From NCBI GenBank assembly GCA_032718475.1, contig JAUCBJ010003734.1, positions 103,692 through 167,691 on the forward strand: a stretch of 64,000 nt of DNA, in the 5' to 3' direction. Of this stretch, positions 52,161 through 64,000 are shown one piece after another (the first letter of the stretch is position 1; each line of letters starts with the position of its first letter). The stretch is from Nemertoderma westbladi (Eukaryota; Animalia; Xenacoelomorpha). The position numbers and the translations under genes were made by a program. The notes beneath the pieces were generated by a model that saw only the letters and a list, made by a program, of their open reading frames with translations, did no database searches and was not told the origin of the DNA.

Positions 52161-54552
52161 ATTTAGTATCATTAAGTACTGTTAGTAGTAGTAAAGTAGT
52201 AGTAGTTAACAGGTAATTAATATAAATTAAAGTACTACTACAGTGGAAATGAGATTCTTCCAGGCTTCCCGATTCTCCATAGTTTTTTTTTTTTTTTTTT
52301 TCCCGGTTCCAACAGTTTATTATATTACTTATATTACACAATTAAAGGTATTCATCATGACCGTACAAATGCACAATTAAAATTCACAAAATACAAGAGC
52401 ACAAATACAATTGCAATAATAAAAAGAAGTTATTCAAATATTATCATGCATAAACGGAACAAACAATAAACGAATATTTTTGTGTCCAAGGGGTAGCAGA
52501 CCTGCAATTTGAAATTTGACTCCACTAATTATCTATTAACACGACCTTAATAACACGAATAAATAGGAAGAGAAAAAACTTTAGGGAGATACATGTAAAT
52601 AATATATAATAAATAAAATTAATCCCAAAACATTTACTTAAAGTCCCAGTTATGATGTATTTTGAGAATATTTTCAAATCCACCCCATTTTTTTTTGTAT
52701 GGGCCCCATGTGCTTGTCGAAACCGCATTGAAAAGCTCAAATTGATGTAGCATTAAAAACTTATTTTTTAAATAGGTTAAATGCAGAGATGGATTTTGCG
52801 TGAAACGTTGAGAAAAGATGATATATTTTGCAAGAAAAATTATTGTATTCACTACTTTATGTTTAGAATCCTTATACTGACTGAAAAAGAACATATGCTT
52901 ACGAAACACTATCGATTGTCGGGAAGCAGATAACCACCATAATCGAATTTCTTCAATAAAGGTTTTGACTTTTGTGCAGTTCCAAAGAAATGATCAATAT
53001 CCTCCACATGTTCTTTCTATGTTCTTGCAATATGTGCAAATATTATTATTAATTTGTCCTATTCTTGTTAGAAACTGATTTGTTGGGATTCTACGCATAA
53101 CAAATTTATATTGAAACGACCTGAGTTTTGCATCAATAGTAGTCTTGAAAGGTAAAATAAATATCTGCTTCCAGTCCTCATTTGTCAGTGTGCTCTCCAA
53201 ATTTAATTCCCATTGTCGAATAGATGTGGGTTTTACTTTTATTTTTTCTACTTAAGTATTGTAAGTTAAATTAGTGACCCTATTTTTGCAATTAATTAAT
53301 CGAAAAGAATTTCTAAAATGTGGTCCTTGTAAACCTTGTTTCAGCAAAACTTGGATATCGTGGGGAATGGCATCTATTAGACTCATATATTTAAAATGAT
53401 CTGTTTCGGCTAAATTATATTTGTTTTTAATTTCGCAAAAGTTTAGGAATCTTTTTTCTTTTTGTTCTACTATGTTATTCAGAGTATAAATACCTAAATC
53501 TCTCCAAGTACGCCAAAAAATAGGTCTTCCACCGATCCGAATGAGAGAATTAAACCATATTATTTGATTCATTGCATCTTCTGACGTACTCGGTGTACTA
53601 AAATTAATATTACACCAAGTTTGCATTACCTTGTTCCAAAAAGTTGATTTTAAATTTAACATACATTCGATATCTTTTGCATTCAAATTATACTGTAAAA
53701 AATCATTCATTGAGATATTATGTGATATTGAAGCTAGAGGTAATCCTATATTGTCCGTTTTGGAGATAATTTTTACGATCCATCGTACTTTTTGGCCTGT
53801 ATATAAGACTCTATATCCACACTTTTTAATCCACCCTCAGAATACGATGCTATTAATACTTTATTTGCTACTTTTGCCGGTTTTCCATCCCATAAAAAAT
53901 TATTGATTAACTTATTTATTTGCAGTATGAGGTCAGGTGGTGGTCTTTCTAAACAAGATAATTTAAAAGTTAGCTGCGGAATGGCCAGCGATTTAATTAT
54001 ACATATTTTTCCTAACCACGTTAGTGTGATTTTGGCCCAAAAATTTAGAATCTTGCTTATGTTTTCAATAGCCTCCGGGTAATTCAACATGGGTATTTTT
54101 GTTATGTCGTTGCTCAGTATCACTCCTAGTACACGGAAAGGGGCACCTGGTTCCAACCATTTTAGATTATATTCGGGACAAAGAGTTGTAGTTGATAATT
54201 TTTTATTACCTATCCACAGCACCTCTGTTTTTGTTCTATTTAATTTTAATCCAGAAATTTTGCCGAAAGTGTTGAAAATACAAAACGCTTTCTGCAGGGA
54301 TTTTTCACTATCACATAACTGTAAACTAAGATCGTCAGCAAACAACGAAATTAAATTTCTGACGCCGTTGATATATATTCCTTCAATATCGTCTTCATTT
54401 CTAATAGCTATGGCTAGTATTTCTATAACTAAGAGAAATAGATACGAACTGAGAGGGTCTCCTTGTCTAAAGCCCCGTTCGGCCGAGAACGGTTGTAGGA
54501 GATAACCATTGTTCAGAAACACAAGTTTGAAATTACTATTATATAGTATATA

Positions 54553-55248
54553 AAACGAACGGATGAAGTGGTAGGCATTCACCAGCGGCAGCATAGTGTA
54601 AAGATGATAGAAAAAATAAAGTATTGAGGGTCTTTAACTGGTTATATTATATTAGATAAAGACACCCTATATTCTATATCTTACACAACTACAGTGCCCT
54701 CTATAGCGAATTTCAGGGGTTTTTATGTGCTTTTCCCCTACCTTCCTTTTTGTTTTTGTCTTGGTTTTTCTGTTTCTTGTGATTTCTTACTCTGTAAAAA
54801 TTACAGCTATAATTATGTTGCATTCTACCTAACCATGCGCTTTAAGTAGATACCTCATAATCCTATGTAACCTACCTAATCCAATTATACCATTCAGTAT
54901 GTAGACACATGACCACTCCTGGGATTTCCCTATCAACTTCTCCCAACCTGCAACCCTATATTTGTACTTTAGATTGACAGCTTACAACTAACTCGGTGTA
55001 CTTTCCCTATCACAATTACCTTACGTTATACAGTACATACATACACGTTAACCTTTCTGGGATTCACCTATCAGGTATTCCCCTTTAAAACTTATATATA
55101 TATATATAGACCCCCACCTTTTCCTGTTAGTTGCCAGTACATAGTCTGATGCGGACCGGTAGGTCGAAAACGTTTACTATTGTATCTTTATCTAATATAA
55201 TAAAACCAGCTAAAGACCCTCAATACTTTATTTTTTCTATCATCTTTA
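54553..55248 (+). mobile_element. Penelope-like pseudo-LTR fragment with inverted copy, inserted in the Tx1/L1 RT
   Basis: 64-bp inverted repeat (54599-54662, 55185-55248); TATA-like run, hammerhead-type motif and AATAAA in order. Confidence 0.75.
55139..55183 (+). ncRNA. Minimal type I hammerhead ribozyme-like motif (variant core)
   Basis: ATAGT CTGATGCG GACC GGTA GGTC GAAA ACGT TT ACTAT: stems I and II pair, stem III palindromic. Confidence 0.7.
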
Positions 55249-58200
55249 TAATAGTATATCAAACCAAGCTAAATAAGTTTGCGGAAAATTAAAACGGTTT
55301 AAAACGTATTTAATAAAAGGCCATTCCACCGAATCATAGGCTTTTTGGAAATCCGCCATCACTAGAATTCCTCCTTGATCAACTTCATCCAGGTGTTCCA
55401 TAGCGGAAATAATTTTTCGAATATTGTCACCTAGGTAACGACCTGTGAGGAAGCCCGACTGGTCATCGTTTATTAACGGAGATAATACATACTTCAATCT
55501 AAGAGCCAAAAGTTTTGTTAATAATTTATAATTAACATTTAGCAGTGTTATGGGCCGTCTATTGTCTAGAAATCTTGGGTCTTTATCCTTCTTTTGCGTT
55601 AAAGAAATTACCCCCTGCCGTTGTGATATGGGGAGGTCCCCTATAACGAAAGTTTCTTTATAACTGTTTAAAATATAAAATTTCAGGTCAGTCCAAAAGA
55701 ATTTAAAAAACTCGGCTGTGAAACCATCACCACCAGGAGTTTTCCCATTTGGCATAGTTTTTAAAGCAGAAAGCAATTCGCCTTCAGTAATATTTTTGGA
55801 AAGATACTCCTTAGCAGTGTCTCCGAGAATAGGCATGTAATTTTATATTTTGTTAAAAAACACATCGCACTCTTGTTTAAAATTATCATGCTGGCAAGTG
55901 GAAGAAAATAAAGTTTTATAAAAATTAGCTGATTCTTTCAAAATGGCCTTATCATCAGTTACAGTGCGGTGCTCGCCTGTTTTTTCTTTTATTTTCAAAA
56001 CATTAATATTATTTTTCATAGCCCGTTTTTTTTTCCAAGTTTAAAAAATATTTAGTTGGCCTTTCATTACCTATGAAATGTTGAGCTTTTGCTCGAAAAA
56101 TTGCTGATTTTGCTTTTTCACATTCAATATTATACAGCTCATCATTACACCTCTGCATCTCAAGTTGTTCGTGTTCAGACAAAGATGCTTCCCTCACATG
56201 TAAGTCCTTGATTTGATTTGTCAGAATGTTAATTTTTTTATTTCTTCCCTTTGCTTTCTAATACTGAATGCGATAGTTTCTGTTCTAATATTTAATTTTA
56301 TTATCTCCCATAGTTGTTGTTGGGATAGATGTGATTCGTATTGTTGGATTGTTTGGTTGATAATGCTTTTCATAAAATTACATATCCTGTGTCTCCTAAT
56401 AATCTATTATTAAATTTCCATATGCCTCTTCCACGGGTTTTTTCCGCCCAAGTAATTGTAAAGGACGCTGCCGAATGGTCAGATCTATATCCAGGTGTTA
56501 TATGGCAGGATTCAGCTACACCTGCTAAGGTCGATGAAATAAGGAAAAAATCTTTTCTGGTTAAAACCCACCCGCGATTGATTTTTTGCCTATGGGTAAA
56601 AAGTTGACCGTCATTATTTTGCAGCCTATAAATATCAACCAAATCTTGGTCCTCTAATACATCCAACACCGCTTGGCGTACCTTTCTATTTGTGAAAGGT
56701 GAACCTCCCTTTTTATCCTTGTTTATGTCCAAGACACAATTGAAATCCCTTCCCCAGATTATATTCTCTCCATGGAAATTACTTTCAATGTCTAACTGAA
56801 TTTTAGAAATTAGTGACGGATTATCCGTATTATAATTATATATATTTGCTAGGGTATATATTTTTATTCCTATCTCTATATCAACAATGATATATCTTCC
56901 TTCTACATCAATTTCGCTTTTAACAATTCTGAACGGAAAATTATCGTTAAACAGTAGCCCCACGCCAGCACTGTTAGAGCTAGACAACCCGATTCCTTAA
57001 GCCATTTGTCTGGATCTGTACAGTGCGTTTCTTGTAAAAAATATATATTACCCTTTGTTTTTTTTAACTTATCCATAATTACACGGCGTTTTACATCATC
57101 TTGCAGCCCCCTGCAGTTTAGTGTCGTAAATGTTATAATAGTCATTTCTTGTTAAATTTAGCACTGCCTCTAAAATGGCTAGTCTGCTTCCTTAAAATGA
57201 CACTGAAAGTATTTGCAGTTTTAACGATAATATACAATTTACTGTACACATTTACGTGGGCCTTTTGCATGTCTATTTGCTATAGGCCAACTGCTTTTAA
57301 AATGGTGAAAAGCATTTTGCTAGATAGAACCGGTTTCCTATAAATATTTTCTGCAACATCACAACCTTCACCAAAAACTATACTACATACCGTTACTTCG
57401 AGTTTAAAGATAAACAACATTGCCATAAACAAAGCATAACAAGCCATCCCCATAACGTCATCGGCCATGGGAAAAAAAATACAGGCCTTGGCCATCCCAC
57501 TATTTCTCATTTTAATAACCAAAACAGACCTAACTCGGACGTCCTTTATGGACGACCCCTAATTAATTGGATTATATATGGACTCTCTCGGTCGGGCCTA
57601 CACAATATAATTTAAAATTTGTATGTTTGGTTAACGAAACTATAGAAACACACAGAAAATCGAAAAACAATTGAATATGTTTAGTACCGGTACTTCAACT
57701 TTGGCCTTGGAGTTTAGAAACAAAAAAAAACAGATAAAAAAAAAAGAGTCAACAAAACAAATTTTTAACATACATATACATAGGCTCCGTTGCGATCAAA
57801 AGCACGTACCATAATTATTTTAGAATATTTTCCTCGAAAGTTGTTTACTTGTTTTTTCTGCTCCTCCTACTTCCATTTCCGTGACTCATTGTAGTACGAC
57901 CACGATTGCTCTGTGACGGAGAAAGGCGAGGATTGGCTTCCAACTCGTCAACTTCCGTCGACGTATGTAGGCCTTCCTGCATTGGGGATCGACCATCGCC
58001 GCCATTGCGCTTACCTCGTTGTCCCGGTTTCAACGTAGAGGCTACCGGAACCGCGTTCATCTTTGGTTTGATCTTGGAATAAATATTTTCTCCGTTTCGC
58101 ATTGATATGAACACGAAAGGGTAGTATCTCTCCGAAATGATTATTCGCGCTCTCGCTCTATCAGTGGCACTCATTTCCTTCTCTATAGCCACTAGGTTGC

Positions 58201-61200
58201 GCCTTACCTGGGTGAGATACGGAGGGAGATCTAGCGACAGATTAATCTCGGTTTTTTCAGCTTTCCTTGCTGCAGCCGCTTTTTGGAACCAACTATGGCA
58301 TTCGGTAAGATTCACAAACCGTATTATTATCGGTGCATCTTTCTGTGCAGACAACCGATGACAGGCTGCAAGCATTGGAGGCTGAACACCCAAGACTGTA
58401 GCGAAGTTGTCTATTCGCGCCTTTGTTTCAATTTCATTTTTGCGTTCGACCCCTTTGATCCCGTATACTATAGTGTTCCACTTCCTATCCCACACATCGC
58501 GACTGAGATTTTTCTCAACTAGGGATTTTCATCTATCGCTTTTCTCTCAGATATGAGCAACTTTTCGGCGAGATCGTCCACGATTTTGTTGTTATAATTT
58601 ATAGATTTAATTATTTCTCGATATTGCAGGGCCGTGTTTTTGCTCAAAGAGCAGATCATCTTCGCTAAAGACGTGAGGCTGATTTCCTGCCCCTGTTCTC
58701 CGGTTGGCATCTCCACGCCGAGTTCTACTGGTTCCATATCGACGAAGCCCACTGGTCCTTCGTCCATCAATGACTCGCGGCCCTCATTACTGCTATGTAG
58801 ACTCTCGTTCTCCAATTCCATTGGGTTACCCGTGGACTCTTCGTCCAGTGTCGGAGGTGGCAGCGGTTAGAACCAATTTGTGATGCTTGAATTTCGTTTC
58901 GATTGGTTTCTGTCCTTTTCTGTACTGTCTGAAACTGGTAAAACGGATGCGACTTTACGAGATCCCTTCTTAAATTTCTTTTTTAAAGGGGATTTCTTCT
59001 TTAGTAATTTATCTGGTGGAGATGTGAGGGAGGAAACAGATTTTCTTTTCATAACACAGTAACAATTGAAAAGCTATTATTCTATGATAAATATGCCCGC
59101 AGTTTGCAGTTTGCTTGTTTGGTGGGTTTAGGCCTACCTATAGACCTATCCTGCTCAGCGCTACCCTACCGCGCTACCGGTAGCTATATTATCTTATCTA
59201 TCTATCTTGTCTCTCTCCATAGTTGTCGCAATTTCGTTTCTCCCAAGTTCAGTATCCCTTTCAAGTTGATCTATATATGTTATGGCCGGTCCTCCATGAC
59301 TACGCTTTCCATGAGTTGGTTGCCAGAAAAGTAGATCTGGTATGACCTCGTCTTTACTTCGCCACCAGTGCCTACTGAATCTTAATCTGCGTTCACGGAG
59401 GGTGGTTGATACAGGTGGTATTGTACCATAAAGCTCGGCATTTGTCATGTGTTGTCTCCAGCTGATCTTTAGGGCTGCCCTTAGTAGTCTTGTGTAGCAA
59501 CCATCAATTCGTTGTTCAAGTGATTTAGTCAGTGCCCAGGTCTCACCCCCGTATAAAAATACACTTTCCACTGTGGCTCGAAATAACTTAGTCTTCAGGT
59601 GCCTGGAGAGATCTGATTTCCAGATGGTATCCATTTTTGATAGAGCTACCCAAGCCTTTGCTTTCCTAACTTCTATGTCCCTTTTGCTACTCTCTATCCA
59701 TAATCCAAGGTACTGGAAGTCGTCAACCTTCCTTAGTTGATTATTGTCAATGGTTGTCAAGTTTCCATCAACATTAAAGGTCATGAATTCGGTCTTGGTA
59801 GCATTTATATGCAATCCAACCTCCTTAGCAGCCCTATCCACTTTATTTAGTAGAAGCTGTGCATCTGCTAGGGTATTAGAGAGCAGGGCGATGTCATCCG
59901 CAAAGTCGGTGTCTGTGACTGTAGTTGCTGGATATCTACTACTTCTGCGTTCTTGAAGTGTGAATCCCAGGTCTTCACCCTTTGTGGCTGTCCTCATTGC
60001 GTAATCCAGCACAATTACAAATAGTAATGGTGCTAATGTGTCACCTTGCAGTACCCCAGCCAGGATTGAGAAAAACTCAGTTTCACCATCTGGTGAGAGT
60101 ACCTGCGCTTCTGTGTCACAATATAACAATCCAATGCCAGCAACAATTACCTCTAGTATTCCAATAGCTCTTAGGATTTCAAGCATTTTGCCTCTATGGA
60201 TGGAGTCGAATGCCTTCTTGAAGTCCACAAAAGTCATGACTGCAATTCATTCATTCACTCCATAATGCAAGTATCTGAGCAATTGTTGATCTACTTGGTC
60301 GAAATCCGTTTTGGCTCTTACGCAGTAGTTTCTCTATGTGAGGCCTAATCCTATATAGAATCATTTTATTGTATATTTTGGCAGCTACCACAAGCAGACA
60401 GATCCCACGATAGTTTGTTGGTATACCAAGGTCTCCTTTCTTGGGGAGAGGCTTTAGTTGACCTTTAGTCCAAATTGGTGGTGGCTTTTCCCCTTTTAAC
60501 ATCCGGTTGCAAACATTCAATAATGGTCTGTTTAGCACTCCTGTTTACCATACCTCCGCTGGGATTTCATCTAATCCACTCGCTTTATTATTGGACATGC
60601 TTTTAATGCTTCTTTGGAGTTCGGCAGCTGTGAAGTCCCCTGTTTCTATAGGTAGTGTCTTGTCATATATTTTCCTTGTAGGGCTGACCTCGATGTTTGG
60701 TGGCTGCCCAAGCAAGTTGCTGAAGTGATTTTTCCACTTCCCGACACGTTCTTCAGGACTATCGGCTTTGAGACGCCCCTTTGCACAACTTTTCCGACCA
60801 GATACCTCATTTACAGTTTGCCAGGTAAGTCTTGATTGTTGCTGTATGTGAGCAGTTGTAATTGCTTCAATTTTATCCTGTATGTACTTTTCCTGGCTGA
60901 TGTTGTAGGCCAATTTAAGATCGTCCTTAGCTTTCTCAACCTTGTTAATGTTTTCTGTTGTTGGTTGTTCGGTTTTAACTTTGTAGGCTATCTTAAGATC
61001 TTCTCTCTTACAAGTAACCTCAGAGTTTTGCCATGGCACATACTGTTTTCCTTTGGGTTTCTGGGGGATATGCCTCTTAGCTGATTCCTTGTGGGCTGTT
61101 ATTATATTCTGGTATATTGAATCGGTGGACTGGTCTTCATCCATTGACTGAAGTGCTTCAAAGCGGTTTTGAAATTCTACTGTGTAAGCATCCTTTACTG

Positions 61201-61679
61201 CATTGTCAGTTCTGAGTTTCTCCCAGTCATAGTTGATTTTCTTGCTTGTCGTGGGTTTGCAGGCTCTCAAACTGAGTCTGATCTCTGCAGTCACAATTCT
61301 GTGGTCCGAACCAATTAGGTTGAACGAGCTGTATGCCTCGCAGTTGATCATGCTGCTTCTCCACTTTTTGTTTATAAGGATGTAATCCAGTTGTGCTTTG
61401 GTTCCATTAGGGTATTGAAAGGTCCATAGCTTCCCCTTACTCTTTTCGAATATGTTGTTTGTTGGTATCAATTCACATTCTTCCATTAAGTCTAAAAGTA
61501 AGTACCCATTTCTGTTAGAACTGGTGTTATAGGTGTAACCCTTGATGTCTTCTGGGCCAATTTGCGCATTCAGCTCACCAGCAATGACTTTAACATTGTG
61601 TTTCGGAATGTCCTTTATAAGTCCAGTCAGATCTTCATAAAACTTGACTGCTTGTTCTGGCTCTGAGGCATTGGTTGGT

Positions 61680-64000
61680 GTGCGTGTACTAATACTCAAG
61701 GTGACGCTAAATTTTCATTATATTAACACGCTCATAAAAAAGGAAAGATTGAATTATAAAATCTGGTTATTTATTGATGTAATTCAAGTGAGACATAAAG
61801 AAATAGTTGCAAATGAAATGTTATTTGTTATTTTGGCGTAAACTGCAGTATTGTTTCTATTTGAAAATAGCTTTTGAACGTCGAAATGATACGCATAAAC
61901 TAATAATAATAATGTACAATCGGTCAAGGAAACGATCAAAAAATAGGGAAAAATAAAGAAGATTCGAAAAGAAATAAAGCAAAGTTGTGGAGCGGTAAAT
62001 TGGACGGATATATAATCGACATAAATGAGATGAACGGTTGTAGAGCGGTAAAAAATCTTGTGCGTCACCCAGAAATATATAAAAAGGCGTAGAATGAAGA
62101 GCAATTTGATATTTAAAGAGATTGAAAGCTGAATTACTTGGGATGGGGATAATTGAGAGGTCAATCAGGAAAGCTAGATTGTGTTTATCATTGGAAAAGG
62201 TGTGAAGTGAATCTCTATTTTGATTGGTTAGAGCAGTGATGTATTAATTAATTTACAATGTGGATGGATAGAGAGGGGGTGATCTTCGCTGTCAGAAATG
62301 TACACGAACCAATATCTGACTCTCGCCCAAATGAAATATTAATTTGATGTGTGATATGGTCAGCCAACCCGCCGAGAGCCTTGTTAGGGGATCACAGGCA
62401 GCCTACTGAGAAATGATTGATGAGATACTAATATACTGTATAATGGTCAGCTAGCCCGCCGAGAGCCTTGTAAGAGGATCACGGGCAGCCTACTTATGAA
62501 AACCACAAGACTGCCGGACGTCGTCAAGCGTCTCAGGGTCAAAGGATGATATCTACGCTATTATTTATTAAATTGGCCGAGAATCAAATAAAGGTTCGAA
62601 CATTTAGACCAGCAAGAATGAAAGGTATAGTACAAAGGTGTAAAATATTCCAAAAAGAAACAAATCTAGACTGAAGTTTTATCAATGACAGCTTTCAAAT
62701 CAAAAAATATCACTATAATGTTTGTTAATTAAGGACTATTTGAATTACTTACTAAAATTACTTTCTGGGAGACGGAACAAGCACGAGTCAGGGTAAGTAT
62801 GTAAAGTGATTATGTAAAGGTAAAATATGTGAAATAACGGAAACAAAGTAATACGATAGTAGTGTAAACAATTATAGAACAAATGAAAGATCAATGAAAG
62901 TGATACTGGGATAAATACGAAAGAGATAATTAGCAAATAAACGTGCGGTAATAATAATAATAAATGGGTAAACGGAAATAAAGACGGAATAGTATACATA
63001 AACATGATCATACTCAAAAACAAAGAAAAATAAATGCGTATCTTTGCGGCGTTAGCGAACACACCCGCCTCTGAGATTTAATGAAATCTCAGTAAGAAAA
63101 ATAAACAAAAAACAGCTAACGCCAAAATACATAGGGAGAATGAAACAAACAGCGTACTGTAGAACAAAGTTCAAATTGAAACTAAAACCCATAACCAATA
63201 ACACAAGGTAATATAAATTTTTGATGAGTTTTCAAGTAAACAATCTACCAATACGATTTAATTTCCTCAGGGTCATTGGCCTCGAGAAGGCAAAGTTTAT
63301 TGATTGGACGAGCGAGAGTAGAACCTGTGCTGGTCTTCACAACCACAGAGCGGACTCTCCCATCCCTTCCCGGTCGAGTCTCGACAACTCGTGCCACGTT
63401 CCATGAATTGCGGGGGAGTTTCTCCTCTGTTAGAAGAACGAGATCATCAGGTTTCAAGTTTCGCTTTGGATCCAACCATTTTTGGCGTTGGTGAAGCATT
63501 GGGATATATTCATCCAACCATACATTCCAGAACGAGTTAACGAGACCTTGAGCCTGGTGCCAAGATTTGCGAGAATACTCATCTCGGCGGTCGAAATCAC
63601 CCGGAGGTCCAAGGTGAACTGGATTGATGAGGAGGAAGTGACGAGGGGTTAGTGGTTGATCTGCAGTGGGGTCGTCGCTCACGGAGGTTAATGGCCTGGA
63701 GTTGAGGACACCCTCGACTTCGGCGAGTAGGGTTCTGAATGTATCCTCATTGATTCTCGTGGAGTCGCGCAGGGTGGAGTAAAGAGCTGTCTTTACACTC
63801 CTGATTAGTCGCTCCCACACGCCCGAAGTGTGAGAGGCAGTTGGCGTCTGGAAACGAAACTCACAGTTCACGGATTCCAAGAAGTTTACAACTTTGGTTC
63901 CATCGATGGCGGCCAAAGATTTGCTGAGTTCCTTCTCTCCACCCACGAAATTAGTGCCGTTATCGCAGTAAATACGTCTTGGGGAACCTCTGGTCGAAAC
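61680..64000 (-). mobile_element. pol: BEL/Pao element 3: integrase end (63245-64000) and 3' region
   Basis: CDNGTNFVG, SGVWER, LNSRPL, LTPRHFL, RPINKLCLL; extent of the 3' region is inferred. Confidence 0.88.

Larger units (their letters stand above)
52285..59213 (-). mobile_element. Tx1/L1-clade LINE, near full length, many frameshifts
   Basis: Poly(A) tail (T run to 52301); TSD TCTCCATAGTT (52274-52284, 59214-59224); ORF1 RRM-type 57845-59052; ORF2 APE-RT-zinc finger 57145-52634 (LNCRGL, LQETH, SDH, KTPGGDG, RQGDPLS, FADD). Confidence 0.93.
52232..61679 (-). mobile_element. RTE family 1, third copy, split by the Tx1/L1 insertion
   Basis: 3' piece 52232-52284 continues at 59214; body 59214-61679. 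Confidence 0.92.

Noticed and set aside
61784-63062. Hydrophobic ORFs 3' of BEL3 pol as possible env
   Set aside because: Explained by T-rich low-complexity composition; no signal peptide, furin site or Cys pattern.

Overview
Repeat-saturated eukaryotic (animal-type, intron-containing) DNA, not prokaryotic. It contains two satellite families (34-bp unit at 640-6700; 37-bp unit at 10120-12949 and 39395-42050) and a Russian-doll stack of retroelements that can be ordered by target-site duplications. A BEL/Pao fragment (12950-15330 + 36150-39394) was split by a Gypsy element (15331-36149, TSD TAAC). That was split by a second BEL/Pao (22408-35679, TSD AATAT), which received an RTE LINE and a piggyBac. 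The right third holds two RTE families, a Tx1/L1 LINE with a Penelope-like insert carrying a hammerhead-type motif, a CRE-like remnant and a third BEL/Pao. The only clear host sequence is two minus-strand exons (TSP1 and F5/8C-like). Best leads: (1) removing the nested elements places a decayed accessory ORF with DEDDy 3'-5' exonuclease motifs plus CCHC knuckles downstream of BEL pol, followed by three 65-nt hairpins whose arms diverge while pairing is kept; (2) a covarying pseudoknot shared by the extreme 5' ends of two distinct RTE families that I could not fit to known ribozyme classes. All calls were made by eye; no searches or folding were run.
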